This document shows, piece after piece, positions 10,186 through 21,013 of a stretch of DNA of 64,000 bases (position 1 is the stretch's first letter; every line of letters begins with the position of its first letter). The notes below the pieces were generated by a model. That model worked only from the letters and a program-made list of their open reading frames with translations, ran no database searches and had not been told where the DNA came from. The DNA comes from an uncultured cyanobacterium (GTDB taxonomy: Bacteria > Cyanobacteriota > Cyanobacteriia > Cyanobacteriales > Cyanobacteriaceae), in the NCBI GenBank assembly GCA_963710605.1, contig CAVQBA010000007.1, forward strand, positions 1 through 64,000, given 5' to 3'. The position numbers and the translations under genes were made by a program.

Positions 10186-10384
10186 GATCACTTTTTTTTA
10201 ACCCTGTTTTGATTATTGAAATCTAAGTAATGTAGCGATTACGATCAAAAAAGAAAACGATCGAGAATTGCCTTTACTTTTTGCTTGATTTTGGGTTAAA
10301 ATAAGATTATAATATGATTGATTAGTAAATTAGTCGATTGTTCAAATTGATAGTAATTTGCCTAATTAAAACAAACATATTCAA

Positions 10385-10458
10385 GGACGTATAGCTCAGT
10401 TGGTTAGAGTACATCGTTGACATCGATGGGGTCACTGGTTCGAATCCAGTTACGTCCA
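10385..10458 (+). tRNA. tRNA-Val(GAC)
   Basis: Acceptor stem GGACGTA/TACGTCC; D-arm AGCTCAGTTGGTTAGAGT; anticodon arm CATCG-TTGACAT-CGATG; T-loop GGTTCGAATCC; CCA not encoded. Confidence 0.97.
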
Positions 10459-10792
10459 CTTTTTTTTATTCACTTTGATATTTGTACCGTGCCACATTAA
10501 TTGTCATCCGTGACAGATTATTGTCCATTATTCTTTTTTACTTTAAATGTTATCCCACATTCGATCTAGCTTCGGTGCTATTTGATAAATGACCGTTCTC
10601 AAGCACATCGGTGGGTACATCGATTATAATCAATTTTAGAAAAGACTTTGGGAGGAAAAAAGAGGCGACATACAAGCAAAAATCTCGCAGCAGTGGCAAA
10701 AAGCAAGAGAATTTTGGTTCTCACTCCTAGTACAAAAGGAAAAACTTCGGATTAAGATCGTACTTTTAGTAATTTTAATTCTCTTTCAGATT

Positions 10793-11842
10793 TTAGATCG
10801 GTTGGTCATCTTTCCAGTTACCATCAATTACAGTACCATCAGCAAAATTATAAACTCCTCGACCATTTTTTTTGCCATTGACAAATTCGCCTTTGTATGT
10901 ATCTCCATTAGTATAATCGCAAATCACGTCGCCATTTAACTGATTATTTTTAAACTCTCCCTGACAGACATCACCATTAGCAAAAGTAAATGTACCTTTT
11001 CCCGCAAATTGACCATTAATAAACTCCCCATCATAACGATTTCCATTGGCAAACTTATACATCCCCGTACCTAATTGTTTGCCGTTGTCAAATTGACCTT
11101 CATAAACACCGCCATCAGCAAAATTGTATTTTCCTTGACCGTGGGGTACGCCATTTTTGATTTCTCCTTGATAAATATCACCACTGGCAAACTTTCTTTC
11201 GCCAACACCATTTGATACCCCTGCTTCAAAAGTACCCCGATAGCTACTACCATCAGCGAATGTATAAATTCCTTCTCCTTGAGGTTGGTTAGACAGTAAT
11301 TCTCCTTGATAACGATCGCCATTACTGTATTCACAACTACCTTGCCCTGTAATTTGCCCATCTTTCACCATTCCTTCACAACTGTCACCGTTACTATAAA
11401 TAAATTTACCTTCTTGAGCGGGTAAACCATCGACAAATTGCCCTTCATAACGACTACCATCGGTTGAAATATAAACTCCTTCACCTTCTGGCTTACCATC
11501 AACAAACTCTCCTTCGTATTTATCTCCTTCAGGATAAACTCTTACACCTTTACCCTGAAATTGGTTATTGGCAAATTCTCCTTCATAATAACCGCCATCA
11601 GCAAAAGTATATTTTCCTTCTCCTTGTTTGTCTCCATCGACAAATTCTCCTTCATAACTATCACCATTGCTAAATTTACAGCTACCTTCACCGTCAAGAT
11701 TCCCTTTACTAATACTTCCTTCACATTTACCGCCATCGGGAAGAGTAATAGTATTATTAGCCCAACTTTTTGAACTAAAAACAAATGTGTTGATTACAAT
11801 TAAACTAACAAATGAGGTTAATAAAAATTTTTTTGATTTCAT
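10793..11842 (-). CDS. Secreted MORN-repeat protein
   Basis: Signal peptide followed by many YEGEFxxGxxxGxGxYxFxxG repeats. Confidence 0.92.
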   Translation of the reverse strand: MKSKKFLLTSFVSLIVINTFVFSSKSWANNTITLPDGGKCEGSISKGNLDGEGSCKFSNGDSYEGEFVDGDKQGEGKYTFADGGYYEGEFANNQFQGKGVRVYPEGDKYEGEFVDGKPEGEGVYISTDGSRYEGQFVDGLPAQEGKFIYSNGDSCEGMVKDGQITGQGSCEYSNGDRYQGELLSNQPQGEGIYTFADGSSYRGTFEAGVSNGVGERKFASGDIYQGEIKNGVPHGQGKYNFADGGVYEGQFDNGKQLGTGMYKFANGNRYDGEFINGQFAGKGTFTFANGDVCQGEFKNNQLNGDVICDYTNGDTYKGEFVNGKKNGRGVYNFADGTVIDGNWKDDQPI

Positions 11843-12048
11843 TGTTCGATCTTTAAATAATGATTATTTTAAATAATGGTTATTTTTAAGCCCTTTTTTC
11901 CAAAAAAAAGAGGTCAATTAACGATTCTTAAATTATCGTTTTGTCTTTAACAAATTGTGTTTTTTAATCCGCCACGATCGTTTTAAACATAAATGTTATT
12001 AGATAGGAGGTGGAAATTTGTAAAAATAAATTTTCATGATTGTTAATA

Positions 12049-13906
12049 TTAGTTTGTCGGAGAATTTTCTAATTGTTGTTGCTCTCTTTGTAGCCTTTCT
12101 CTTTCTTGTTGGGCTTGAGCTTCTCTTTGTTGCCGCTCTGTTTCTAATTGTTGCTGTCTTTCTCTTTCTTGTTGGGCTTGAGCTTCTCTTTGTTGTTGCT
12201 GTTGTAATCTTTCTCTTTCTTGTTGAGCTTGAGTTTCTCTTTGTTGTTGCTGTTGTAATCTTTCTCTTTCTTGCTGAGCTTGAGTTTCTCTTTGTTGTTG
12301 CTCTTGTAATTGTTGCTGTCTTTCTCTTTCTTGTTGAGCTTGAGTTTCTCTTTGTTGTTGCTCCCGTTGTAATTGTTGTTGTTGTATCTCTCTTTGTTGT
12401 CTAGCTTGAGCTTCTCTTTCTTGGCGTTCTTTTTCTAGTTGTTGTTGACGTTGTTGTCTTTCTTTTTCTAACTGGGCTTGACGTGCTTGTTGCTCTTTTT
12501 CTTTGGCTATACGGGCTTGATTTTCTTGTTCTTTTTTCTTTTGACGAGCAAGACGATCGAACTCTGAGCCTGCAACGGTAAAATTAATACTAACTTCTAC
12601 TGAAGCATTATTAGTACCGGGGGAAGAAAACTTCATTTGACGAGCGGCGAGCAACGCTTCTCTATTTACTTGTGAATCACTATGAGGATTTGTCATGTTT
12701 ACGCCTAAAACATTACCACCACTGTCAAGATTAATTTTTACAGTAGCTTTACCTTCTACTCCTTGTAAACTAGAAGGATAAGAAGGATTACAATTGCTGA
12801 TACATTGAATATTTTTTGGTTGAGGAGTAGGTTTGGGTTGAGGGCGTTGAGGCACTGATTGACTAGTTGCGGCTATATTACTAGGAATAGAAGAAACTTG
12901 CTCATTCTGTTGGTTACTATTATTACGACTGTTATTACGATTAAGATTATTTCTTAAACTAGAAAAACTTTCTGGTTGACTATTACTAATATTACTAGGT
13001 GTATTGGTATTGGTACGAGTCATTCTGCCACTAGACACATTTGTATTTTCTTCATTAATACGAGCGACTGAAGTTTGCTGATTGCTGTTGCTATTATTTC
13101 GAGCAGAATTTCTAAAGGTATTACTGAGAGTATTACCCGGATTTTCGCTTGGTTGGTTATTAATCGATCGAGGGACGTTATTTCTAGTTAATGTATTATT
13201 CGTGGCAACCTCTTGTTGTTGAATCGGAGTAATATTATTTTCTGTTGGCACAGAAGGAGTCTTTGTTCTATTAGGAGTAATTTTTGGTCTAGTCGGATTT
13301 GAGTCTTTGGCTACAATTGTTGGTGTTTTGGTTACTGGGGTCACTTTTTGCACTTGTGGTGTTGGTTGGATGGGAGTAACCTGAGTAGGTTGAGGCTGAG
13401 GTTGTGGTTGTGGTGTTTGTTTGACTATTCGCTGAGGTTGAGGTTTTGGCTGTGGTTGTGGAATTTGTTTGACTATTCGCTGAGGTTGAGGTTTTGGTTG
13501 TGGTTGTGGTGTTGGTTTAACTACTTGCTGAGGTTGAGGTTGCGGTTGTGGTTGTGGTTGTGGGGTAACCTGAGTAGGTTGAGGTTGCGGTTGTGGTTGC
13601 GGTGTTGGCTGAGGTTTTATAACCGCTTGAGGTTGTGGTTTGGGTTGCGGTTTTGGAGGCTCAATTTTCTTGGGTTCGGGTTTTGGTTCGGGTTTTGTTT
13701 CTGGTTCTTGTTCTTGTACTATGATTAATTCGATTGGTTCTTCTTCTTCTCGAGCAATAGGTTTTTCGATCGTACCGACTAATGCCAAAGCGACTCCATG
13801 AAATAACAAAGAAGCTAACAACACCAATTTTTACTAGTTTACGTGTCTTTAATATTTCTTCTTGTCGTTGTTGAATAGAAACAGATGAGTGCAACATATT
13901 ATCCAT
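12049..13906 (-). CDS. tonB: TonB-family energy transducer with Pro/Gln-rich spacer and Gln/Glu/Arg repeat tail; N-terminus appears split by a +1 frameshift near 13825-13832
   Basis: TM helix with SLLFHG motif, PQP repeats, C..C.P.YP...GVEG TonB_C domain; divergent from exbBD. The upstream frame MLHSSVSIQQRQEE resembles cyanobacterial TonB N-termini. Confidence 0.8.
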
Positions 13907-14084
13907 AGACAATTAATTACCTTTTCCCTCACACTTAAAGGCTTATATCTCCTATCTTTAAATATTTTATAGTCACAGATTATAAATCTGTAGTGAGAAT
14001 CAAAAAATTTTTGCACTTTGTTGACATAGCTTTGCATTAACCAACAAATTTTGCTATCTTTAGATCTTAGTGTAATTAATAATC

Positions 14085-14104
14085 TTTTGCAACTATTTCT
14101 CAAA
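14085..14104. promoter_or_regulatory. Putative Fur box between tonB and exbB
   Basis: TTTGCAACTATTTCTCAAA, an imperfect inverted repeat resembling cyanobacterial Fur sites, just upstream of exbB. Confidence 0.5.
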
Positions 14105-14114
14105 CTAAAATTTA

Positions 14115-14771
14115 ATGTCAACAAGTAATTTTTTACAAGCAGGAGGAATTGTCGCAATCCCTCTAATATTATTTTCTTTGATTACTGTAGCCTTTATGAT
14201 AGAGAGGTTTTGGTTTTGGATTAAAATTAAATCTAAGGAAAGACAATTAGTCAAACAAGTCTTAAATATTTACCGTAGTGATTACTTTGAAGCGATCGTC
14301 AGATTGCGTAAAAATGCTCAATTGCCTATTGCGAGAATTTTTCTAGAAGCTCTAGAATTAGACAATCCAAATGCGACAGAGTTTCGTTTAGCATTAGAAA
14401 CAGCAACTCAAGCAGAATTACCTTTACTGAAAAGATTTAATACCTTTTTTCAAACAGTAATTACTGTTTCTCCTTTGTTAGGATTATTAGGAACAATCTT
14501 AGGATTAATTCAATCTTTCTCTTCTCTGGATTTAGGTAATGCAGGAGGAACAAATACCGCAGGAGTAACGGGTGGTATTAGTGAAGCATTAGTTTCTACA
14601 GTTATGGGCTTAGTTGTGGCGATCGTAACACTAATATTTGCTAATATACTTCGTTCTTTTTATCTACGTCAAATTGCTTCAATTCAAGAATATGGAGGAC
14701 AATTAGAGCTTTTATACCGTCGGTTATACGAACGTAAGGAGGATGATTATGCGAATACCAGACGAAGTTGA
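14115..14771 (+). CDS. exbB: ExbB/MotA/TolQ proton channel protein
   Basis: SPLLGLLGTILG, GISEALVST. Confidence 0.92.
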   Translation: MSTSNFLQAGGIVAIPLILFSLITVAFMIERFWFWIKIKSKERQLVKQVLNIYRSDYFEAIVRLRKNAQLPIARIFLEALELDNPNATEFRLALETATQAELPLLKRFNTFFQTVITVSPLLGLLGTILGLIQSFSSLDLGNAGGTNTAGVTGGISEALVSTVMGLVVAIVTLIFANILRSFYLRQIASIQEYGGQLELLYRRLYERKEDDYANTRRS

Positions 14772-15150
14772 CACCCAGGCTGAAATTAATATTGTACCAA
14801 TGATCGATGCTATTTTTTCGATTTTGGCTTTTTTTATCATTTCGAGTATCTCTTTAATTCGCTCTGAAGGTTTACCAGTAAATCTACCTTCTGCTGAAAC
14901 TGCCGAACCAAAACAAGTGGCTCAGATTAATGTGACAGTTCAAAATGATGGCAAAATGTATCTCAATAAAAAACCAATTCAAATCGAAACTTTACAATAC
15001 GAAGTCGATCGATTAATTCTTCCCAATCAGCAAAGTACAGTAATTATTAGTGCAGATGAGAAAGTTTCTCATGGTCTGGTGGTTATTGTGATGGATGAGT
15101 TACGGCAAGTAGAAGGAGCAACCTTAGCTATTGCAGTCAAGAAAAAATAA
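14743..15150 (+). CDS. exbD: ExbD/TolR biopolymer transport protein
   Basis: EINIVPMIDAIFSILAFFI, VNLP, ISADE..V.HG. Confidence 0.92.
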   Translation: MIMRIPDEVDTQAEINIVPMIDAIFSILAFFIISSISLIRSEGLPVNLPSAETAEPKQVAQINVTVQNDGKMYLNKKPIQIETLQYEVDRLILPNQQSTVIISADEKVSHGLVVIVMDELRQVEGATLAIAVKKK

Positions 15151-15697
15151 AAAATTCTGTTTTTTTATTGCATAAATTATCGATAAGGTTTATCATTTAA
15201 TATTATTAAATGCGAAAGATTTCTATTAATCAAGTGAAATAAATCTATTTAAAAAAACAATTATGACAAAATAAAATAATTAAAATCACGATCGTCACTG
15301 AAAAAAAAGCCGTCAAGTTAGTGTAAACAAAACCGATCACTAACTGTGACAAGGCAAAACACAAATGTAAATAATACTCTTTAGTGTACTAAATTTTGTT
15401 CTGATTAGGGAAATGCAATCACTAACAAATCCCGATCGAAAACTCAGAATGATTTTTTACACCAAATAATACGAATCAATTAAATACCGATTCCTACTGC
15501 TTTTCTCGTTTTTGGTTGATTACCAAACGATGGAATTTAGTCATGTCTGAAAATAACTGAAAATCAAAGTTTAAACGATCGCTCGTTCAAAAAATTTCGA
15601 TCCCTCTAACTACACTTATAGCTGGTAAGTTCCCCTTACAAAGGGGGTTGGGGGGATATATCTATCAAAATAAATCAATGTATCATGAATCAATTAA

Positions 15698-16723
15698 ATG
15701 GAAGCAAAAAATATACTTTCATCCTCCTTGTTGTTAACAAAAAAAGAACATAAAAGAACTTTAATCATCATCTTATTGATTATTTTTAGTTTGATTGTGA
15801 CTTTTTGTGTCTCATTATCTACAGGCTCAGTTTCTTTGAGTTTAGAGGAGATTTATCAAGCCTTATGGCATCAAGGAAGTACTTTAAATCAAGTAATTAT
15901 CTGGGATTTACGTTTACCTCGTATCTTAGCGGCTTTTATGGTCGGTTCTGCTTTAGGCACTTCAGGTGCTTTATTACAGGGAATGTTACGTAATTCTTTA
16001 GCTACACCTTTTTTGTTGGGTATCTCAGCAGGAGCAGGATTAGTTGTGGTAACTTTGATTACCTTTGACATATTTTTGTTTCTAATCCCTGTAGCTTCTT
16101 GGGCGGGTGCAATCCTTACTACTGCTTTAGTTTATTTTTTAGCACGAGAAAATAACAATATCAGTGTCGAACGTCTTATTTTAGGCGGTGTAGCCGTATC
16201 TTCTTTATTTGGAGCAATTCAAGCTACTTTGTTGTTACTGTCTGAAGATGGCAGGATTCAAAAGGCTCTCAATTGGATTATTGGTAGTCTTAATGGGCGA
16301 GGCTGGGAAGAATTACGTGTTGCAAGTCCTTACATTTTAGTTACTTTGATTTTTGCCTGTTTGTTGGCTCGTTTTGTTAATGTGCTTAATTTAGGCGATG
16401 AGTTAGCTGTCGGGTTAGGTATTCCTTTGGGTAAAGTACGTTTACTAATTGGTGGCACTGCAACTTTATTGGCGGCTAGTGCGGTTAGTATTGCTGGATT
16501 AATTGGTTTTATCGGTTTACTCGTACCTCACTCGATTCGTTTTTTGCTTAAAACCAACGATTATCGATTATTGATTCCGCTTTCGGCAGTAGGCGGGGCA
16601 ATAGTTTTATCTTGGGCAGATTTAATTTCTCGTTTGGGTGCGGTGGAGTTACCTGTAGGTGCGGTAACTGCTTTGATTGGTTCGCCTTTGTTTATCTGGT
16701 TACTTTACAAACGATCGTTTTAG
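15698..16723 (+). CDS. Iron-chelate/heme ABC transporter permease (FecCD family)
   Basis: DLRLPR, RNSLA.P..LGIS.GA, IGFIGLLVPH. Confidence 0.92.
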   Translation: MEAKNILSSSLLLTKKEHKRTLIIILLIIFSLIVTFCVSLSTGSVSLSLEEIYQALWHQGSTLNQVIIWDLRLPRILAAFMVGSALGTSGALLQGMLRNSLATPFLLGISAGAGLVVVTLITFDIFLFLIPVASWAGAILTTALVYFLARENNNISVERLILGGVAVSSLFGAIQATLLLLSEDGRIQKALNWIIGSLNGRGWEELRVASPYILVTLIFACLLARFVNVLNLGDELAVGLGIPLGKVRLLIGGTATLLAASAVSIAGLIGFIGLLVPHSIRFLLKTNDYRLLIPLSAVGGAIVLSWADLISRLGAVELPVGAVTALIGSPLFIWLLYKRSF

Positions 16724-16897
16724 CAAAGTCAAAAGGGCAAAAGGCAAAGGGCAAGAGTTAAAAACTAAAAGCTAAAACCTGAATTTTTCATTCTCTCACT
16801 GAGCCATTTTTAAACTTACTCATTACTTATTCCTTTTGGCGGGGCGAGCAAACCCTTGATTTTCTGGTAAATCCTTAACTATTAGTAATTTTAAATT

Positions 16898-17689
16898 ATG
16901 CCTTTAAACAGTTATAACTTGAGTGCTGGGTATAACGATTGAACAATTATCCATAACATTGATTTTGATTTGAAACATGGTGAATGGCTCAGTTTAGTTG
17001 GGGCAAATGGTTCTGGTAAATCTACTTTTCTCAAGTTACTTTGTCGTATTCTTGCTCCTGCTCAAGGAAAAATTTTACTTGATGGAAAAGATATTCATTC
17101 TTTGCCACCCCAAACAGTAGCTAAACGGATTGCTATTTTGCCACAACAACAAACCATCCCTAAAGGCTTGACTGTCGAGCAGTTAGTTAGTTTAGGTCGT
17201 ACTCCGCACCAATCGTGGTATCAGTGGGATTTGATGCCAAGCGATCGTGAAGCAGTTACTCAAGCGTTGTGCGAGACGGAATTAGAAGATTATCGCCATC
17301 GACCTGTAACTCAATTGTCGGGAGGAGAAAGACAAAGAGCATTTTTAGCCCTTGCTTTAGCTCAAAATCCCCAAATATTGTTGTTAGATGAGCCGACAAC
17401 TTATCTGGATATTCACTATCAATTACAACTGTTGGAGTTGCTTAAAAAACTTCATTTACAAGGTTTGACCATTATAACTGTTTTACATGAAATTAATCTT
17501 GCGTCTAGATATAGCGATCGTTTGGCGTTTTTAAAACAAGGTCAACTTTTTACGATTGGTAAAACCGAAAACGTTCTAACCAAAGAAAATATTGCCCAAG
17601 TTTTTGATGTTGAAGTAGTAATTATCGAGACTCCCGTCGGTAAACAAATTTGTCCTCTTTATCCAGCAACGAAAACAATGAACAGATAA
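16898..17689 (+). pseudogene. Iron-chelate ABC transporter ATPase (FecE-like) with an in-frame TGA at codon 15 (16940-16942)
   Basis: ATG 16898 reads MPLNSYNLSAGYND*TIIHNIDFDL, in frame with Walker A GANGSGKST, LSGGE and LLLDEPT. Confidence 0.85.
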
Positions 17690-17692
17690 CGG

Positions 17693-17968
17693 TTTAATGA
17701 GTACGTAAAACCACCCCTAACCCCTCCTTAGTAAGGAGGGGGACTTAATTTATATTTTTTTAGTCGATCGTTTGAATACTAATTCCAATTAAGAAAGCAA
17801 CAGTTGTTTTAAACAACTCCCCCATTCTCCCCTCTTTGCTCTTGGAGGGAACGATTTAATGAGTACGTAAAACCACCCCTAACCCCTGCTTAATAAGGAG
17901 GGGGACTTAATTGATATTTTTCAGTCGATCGTTTGAATACTAATTCAAATTAAAAAAGCAACAGTTGT
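17693..17968. repeat. Two direct copies (~115 bp) of a hairpin-containing repeat unit
   Basis: TTTAATGAGTACGTAAAACCACCCCTAACCCCT...GCAACAGTTGT at about 17693-17808 and 17855-17968. Confidence 0.85.
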
Positions 17969-18127
17969 GTTGAAAAAGTCCCCCTTTCAAAGGGGGATTT
18001 AGGGGGATTATTCCTGCGTTGTCGTCAAACTCTTAACAAAAGACTTAATGGTGCGAAGTCTTTATACTTCTTACTTTTATTCTTGAATTTTAAAAAATTA
18101 ATTGACCATGTACTAGCTGTAAAAACA

Positions 18128-20776
18128 ATGAATAAAACACAAATACAAATAATAAATTACGGACTATTACCTCTTTCTCTCTTAGCGATTGTCAATCCAG
18201 TCAAAGCAGATTCTGTACCATCATTTTTACCAGAAAATCCACCATTGAATATCGTTCAAAATAATAATTTAGAAAAGATAATTGATGTTGTTTTTGAAAC
18301 CACGGAAAACGGATTACAAATAACGATCGTCACCGAGTCTGGAAAGACACTAATTCCTTTGATAATGAACGATGAAAACGAATTGACTATCGAATTATTA
18401 GACACGACAATCGATCGACAATTTATCGAATTAAATCCCACAGAAGATATTAACCAAATTACAGTTACTCAGGTAAACGATACCGTTGTCAATATTGTTA
18501 TTCGAGGAGAAAACGATCGAATACCTAGAGCCGAAATAATTAGTAACGGTGGCAATTTGGTTTTATCAATTACAGAAGCAACCGACTTTGACGTCGTCGA
18601 TTATAGTGGAAGAATCAATATTACCATTACAGGAACAAGAACACCTCGTCTTTTGTTAGATTCTGCTAGTTCAATTACTATTATCGACTCTCAACAAATA
18701 GAACAGCAAGTAGTTCGGGATATACAAGACTTAGTTCGTTACGAGCCGGGTGTTTCTGTCGGTAGAAATGCGAGTCGTTTCGGCAACCAAGACTTTAATA
18801 TTAGGGGTATTGATGGTAATAGAGTTTTATTACAAGTAGATGGTATTAGAGTACCAGATAATTATGTAGGTAGAGGTAGAGATTATTTTAATATAGAAAC
18901 AATTAAACGAGTTGAAATAATTAAAGGTCCAGCTTCTGCATTATACGGTAGCGATGCGATTGGTGGTGTTGTTTCTTTCATTACAAAAGACCCTCAAGAT
19001 TACCTTGATGTGTTTGGTAAATCTTTTTATAATAGCGGACAAATTACTTACGATAGTAGCGACGAAAGTATCTCCTTAACGGGAGTGATGGCATTAGAAG
19101 ATAAAGAAGGAAAACTACAATTTTCTACTGTTGCAACTTATACGGGAGCAGACGAATTAAAAACAGCTTCAGGAGTACAAGTCAATCCTCAAGATATAAA
19201 AGATTATAGTTTAACTTCTAAATTAGTTTATAACATTAATGAAAATAATAGCCTTAAACTGACAGGAGAATTTTTATACGGTACGACAGATACCGATATT
19301 TTAAACGAAGTAGGTGTTACACCTTTTAATGTTCGCCCTCCTAATATTGTCCTTTTCGATTGAGAAAAAGTAGTTGCTGAAGATACCCGTAGTCGTAATA
19401 GAATTAGTTTGGATTATAACTACAAGCAACAACAAGGATGGTTACAAAGTATTCAAGCTAAACTGTATTATCAAAACGCAGAAATAGAAGAAGAAAAAAT
19501 ATCCGAAGGTATTCAGCAAACCTTTGGTAGAGGGCGACCAAGTTTTGTACCTGTCATCAGAGAAGAAAAGAATACTTTTGAACAAGATATTATTGGTGGT
19601 GATATTCAACTGCAAAGTAATTTTACAACGGGTAGTGCCTCTCATCGTTTGGTTTATGGTTTGGAAGTATCGAACACAAACACCTCTCGCCCTCGTGATA
19701 ATACTCTTATTTTTGCTGATGGCACTATTAGTAAATTTGTTGTGGGTGAAGAATTTCCCAATAAAACTTTCCCCGATACGGATACTTTAAGGGTAGGGCT
19801 ATATGTACAAGATGAAATAGAAGTCGGTCAGTTTTCGATTATTCCAGGCATCAGATGGGATTACTATAGTTTAGATGTCAATGAAGATGATGATTTTCGC
19901 CGAATTAATGTCGATAATTTTAATGTCGAAAGTCGTGACGATTCTGCCTTTTCTCCTAAGATTGGTGTTGTCTATAAACCTACTGCCGAATTAGCATTTT
20001 ATGGACAATATGCTAGAGGTTTTCGTAGCCCTCCTTATGATGATGCTAATATTGGTTTTACTAACTTTGCCTTTGGTTATGCTATCTTACCTAATGGCGA
20101 TTTAGAGCCAGAAACAAGTGATAGTTTTGAAATCGGTATTCGTGGCTCGTATCCGCAAATTGAATTTTCGATCGCTGGATTTTATAATAATTATGACGAT
20201 TTTATCGATACAGTTTCTCTTGGCACTCGTTCTCGGGATGGTTTTTCTGTATTCCAAAGCCAAAATATTGAAAGTGCCGAAATCTATGGAGTGGAAGCTA
20301 AAGCCGAATATTTCTTTAACAATAATCGAGAAAATGGTTTTAGTATTCTCGGTAGTTTAGCTTGGGCAGAGGGAAACAATACTACTGATGATAATACCGT
20401 ACCCCTTAATTCAGTTAATCCGTTTGAAGCAGTAGTCGGATTACGTTATAAAGCACCTGAAAATAAATGGGGAGCGGAATTTATTAGTACTTTTGTTGCG
20501 GCGAAAGATGACGATCGTATCAGTGAAGACTTAGGTGCGATTGGAGGTGGAGGCGGAGGTGAGTTATTTGCTCCTGATGGTTATGTCTTGCTCGACTTGA
20601 TTGGTTACTATAACGTTTCTCAAAATGCTTCGATTAACTTCGGTTTATTTAATTTATTGAATGAAGAGTATTTTGTTTGGTCAGATGTACGAGGTTTGAG
20701 CGTTGATAGCCCCAATCTTAAACGTTTTGCTCCTCCTGGGTTTAATGCTTCGGTTAATTTTACAATTCGTTTTTAA
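18128..20776 (+). pseudogene. TonB-dependent receptor (AMIN + plug + barrel, heme/siderophore type) interrupted by one in-frame TGA at 19361-19363
   Basis: ORFs 18083-19363 and 19409-20776 are in the same frame with only this stop between them; NIRGIDGNRV, RVEIIKGPASALYGSDAIGGVV; terminal Phe. Confidence 0.88.
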
Positions 20777-20803
20777 TGGCATTCGATTCTACATCGTCGC
20801 TTT

Positions 20804-20934
20804 TATAGTTGTTTAAATTAAGTTTCAAACCCGCCTTGCAATAAATTGACAAGGCTAACAAAATTCGTTTAATAAATTAAACTCTATGCTTGAATCCTCA
20901 AATTGTCTCATTCTTATGAGAATTAATTATTATA
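20804..20934. mobile_element. MITE (TA-flanked, TAGTTG...-type ends) with a double-hairpin core
   Basis: Core CCGCCTTGCAATAAATTGACAAGGCT...GTTTAATAAATTAAAC shared with copies near 25525, 29275, 29710 (reverse) and 62100. Confidence 0.7.
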
Positions 20935-21013
20935 ACCCTTAATTCTTAACTGTTAAGGCTTTTTACTTCTTACTTGTTCTTTCGTCCTTTTCCAATCACT
21001 TTAAACTAAAATC

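Noticed and set aside
11071-11876. Several short ORFs overlapping the MORN gene
   Set aside because: Alternative-frame shadows of a repetitive gene.
12036-12404. Hydrophobic 122 aa ORF antisense to the tonB tail (also 13348-13728)
   Set aside because: Shadow of low-complexity repeats with no independent domain.
16940-19363. TGA reassignment (alternative genetic code or selenocysteine)
   Set aside because: TGA ends normal genes here (e.g. 2201, 6241, 37052) and Trp uses TGG; the contexts fit Arg CGA changed to TGA.
20915-20934. Fur-box-like sequence upstream of the binding-protein gene
   Set aside because: It coincides with the right end of a MITE found elsewhere in non-iron contexts.
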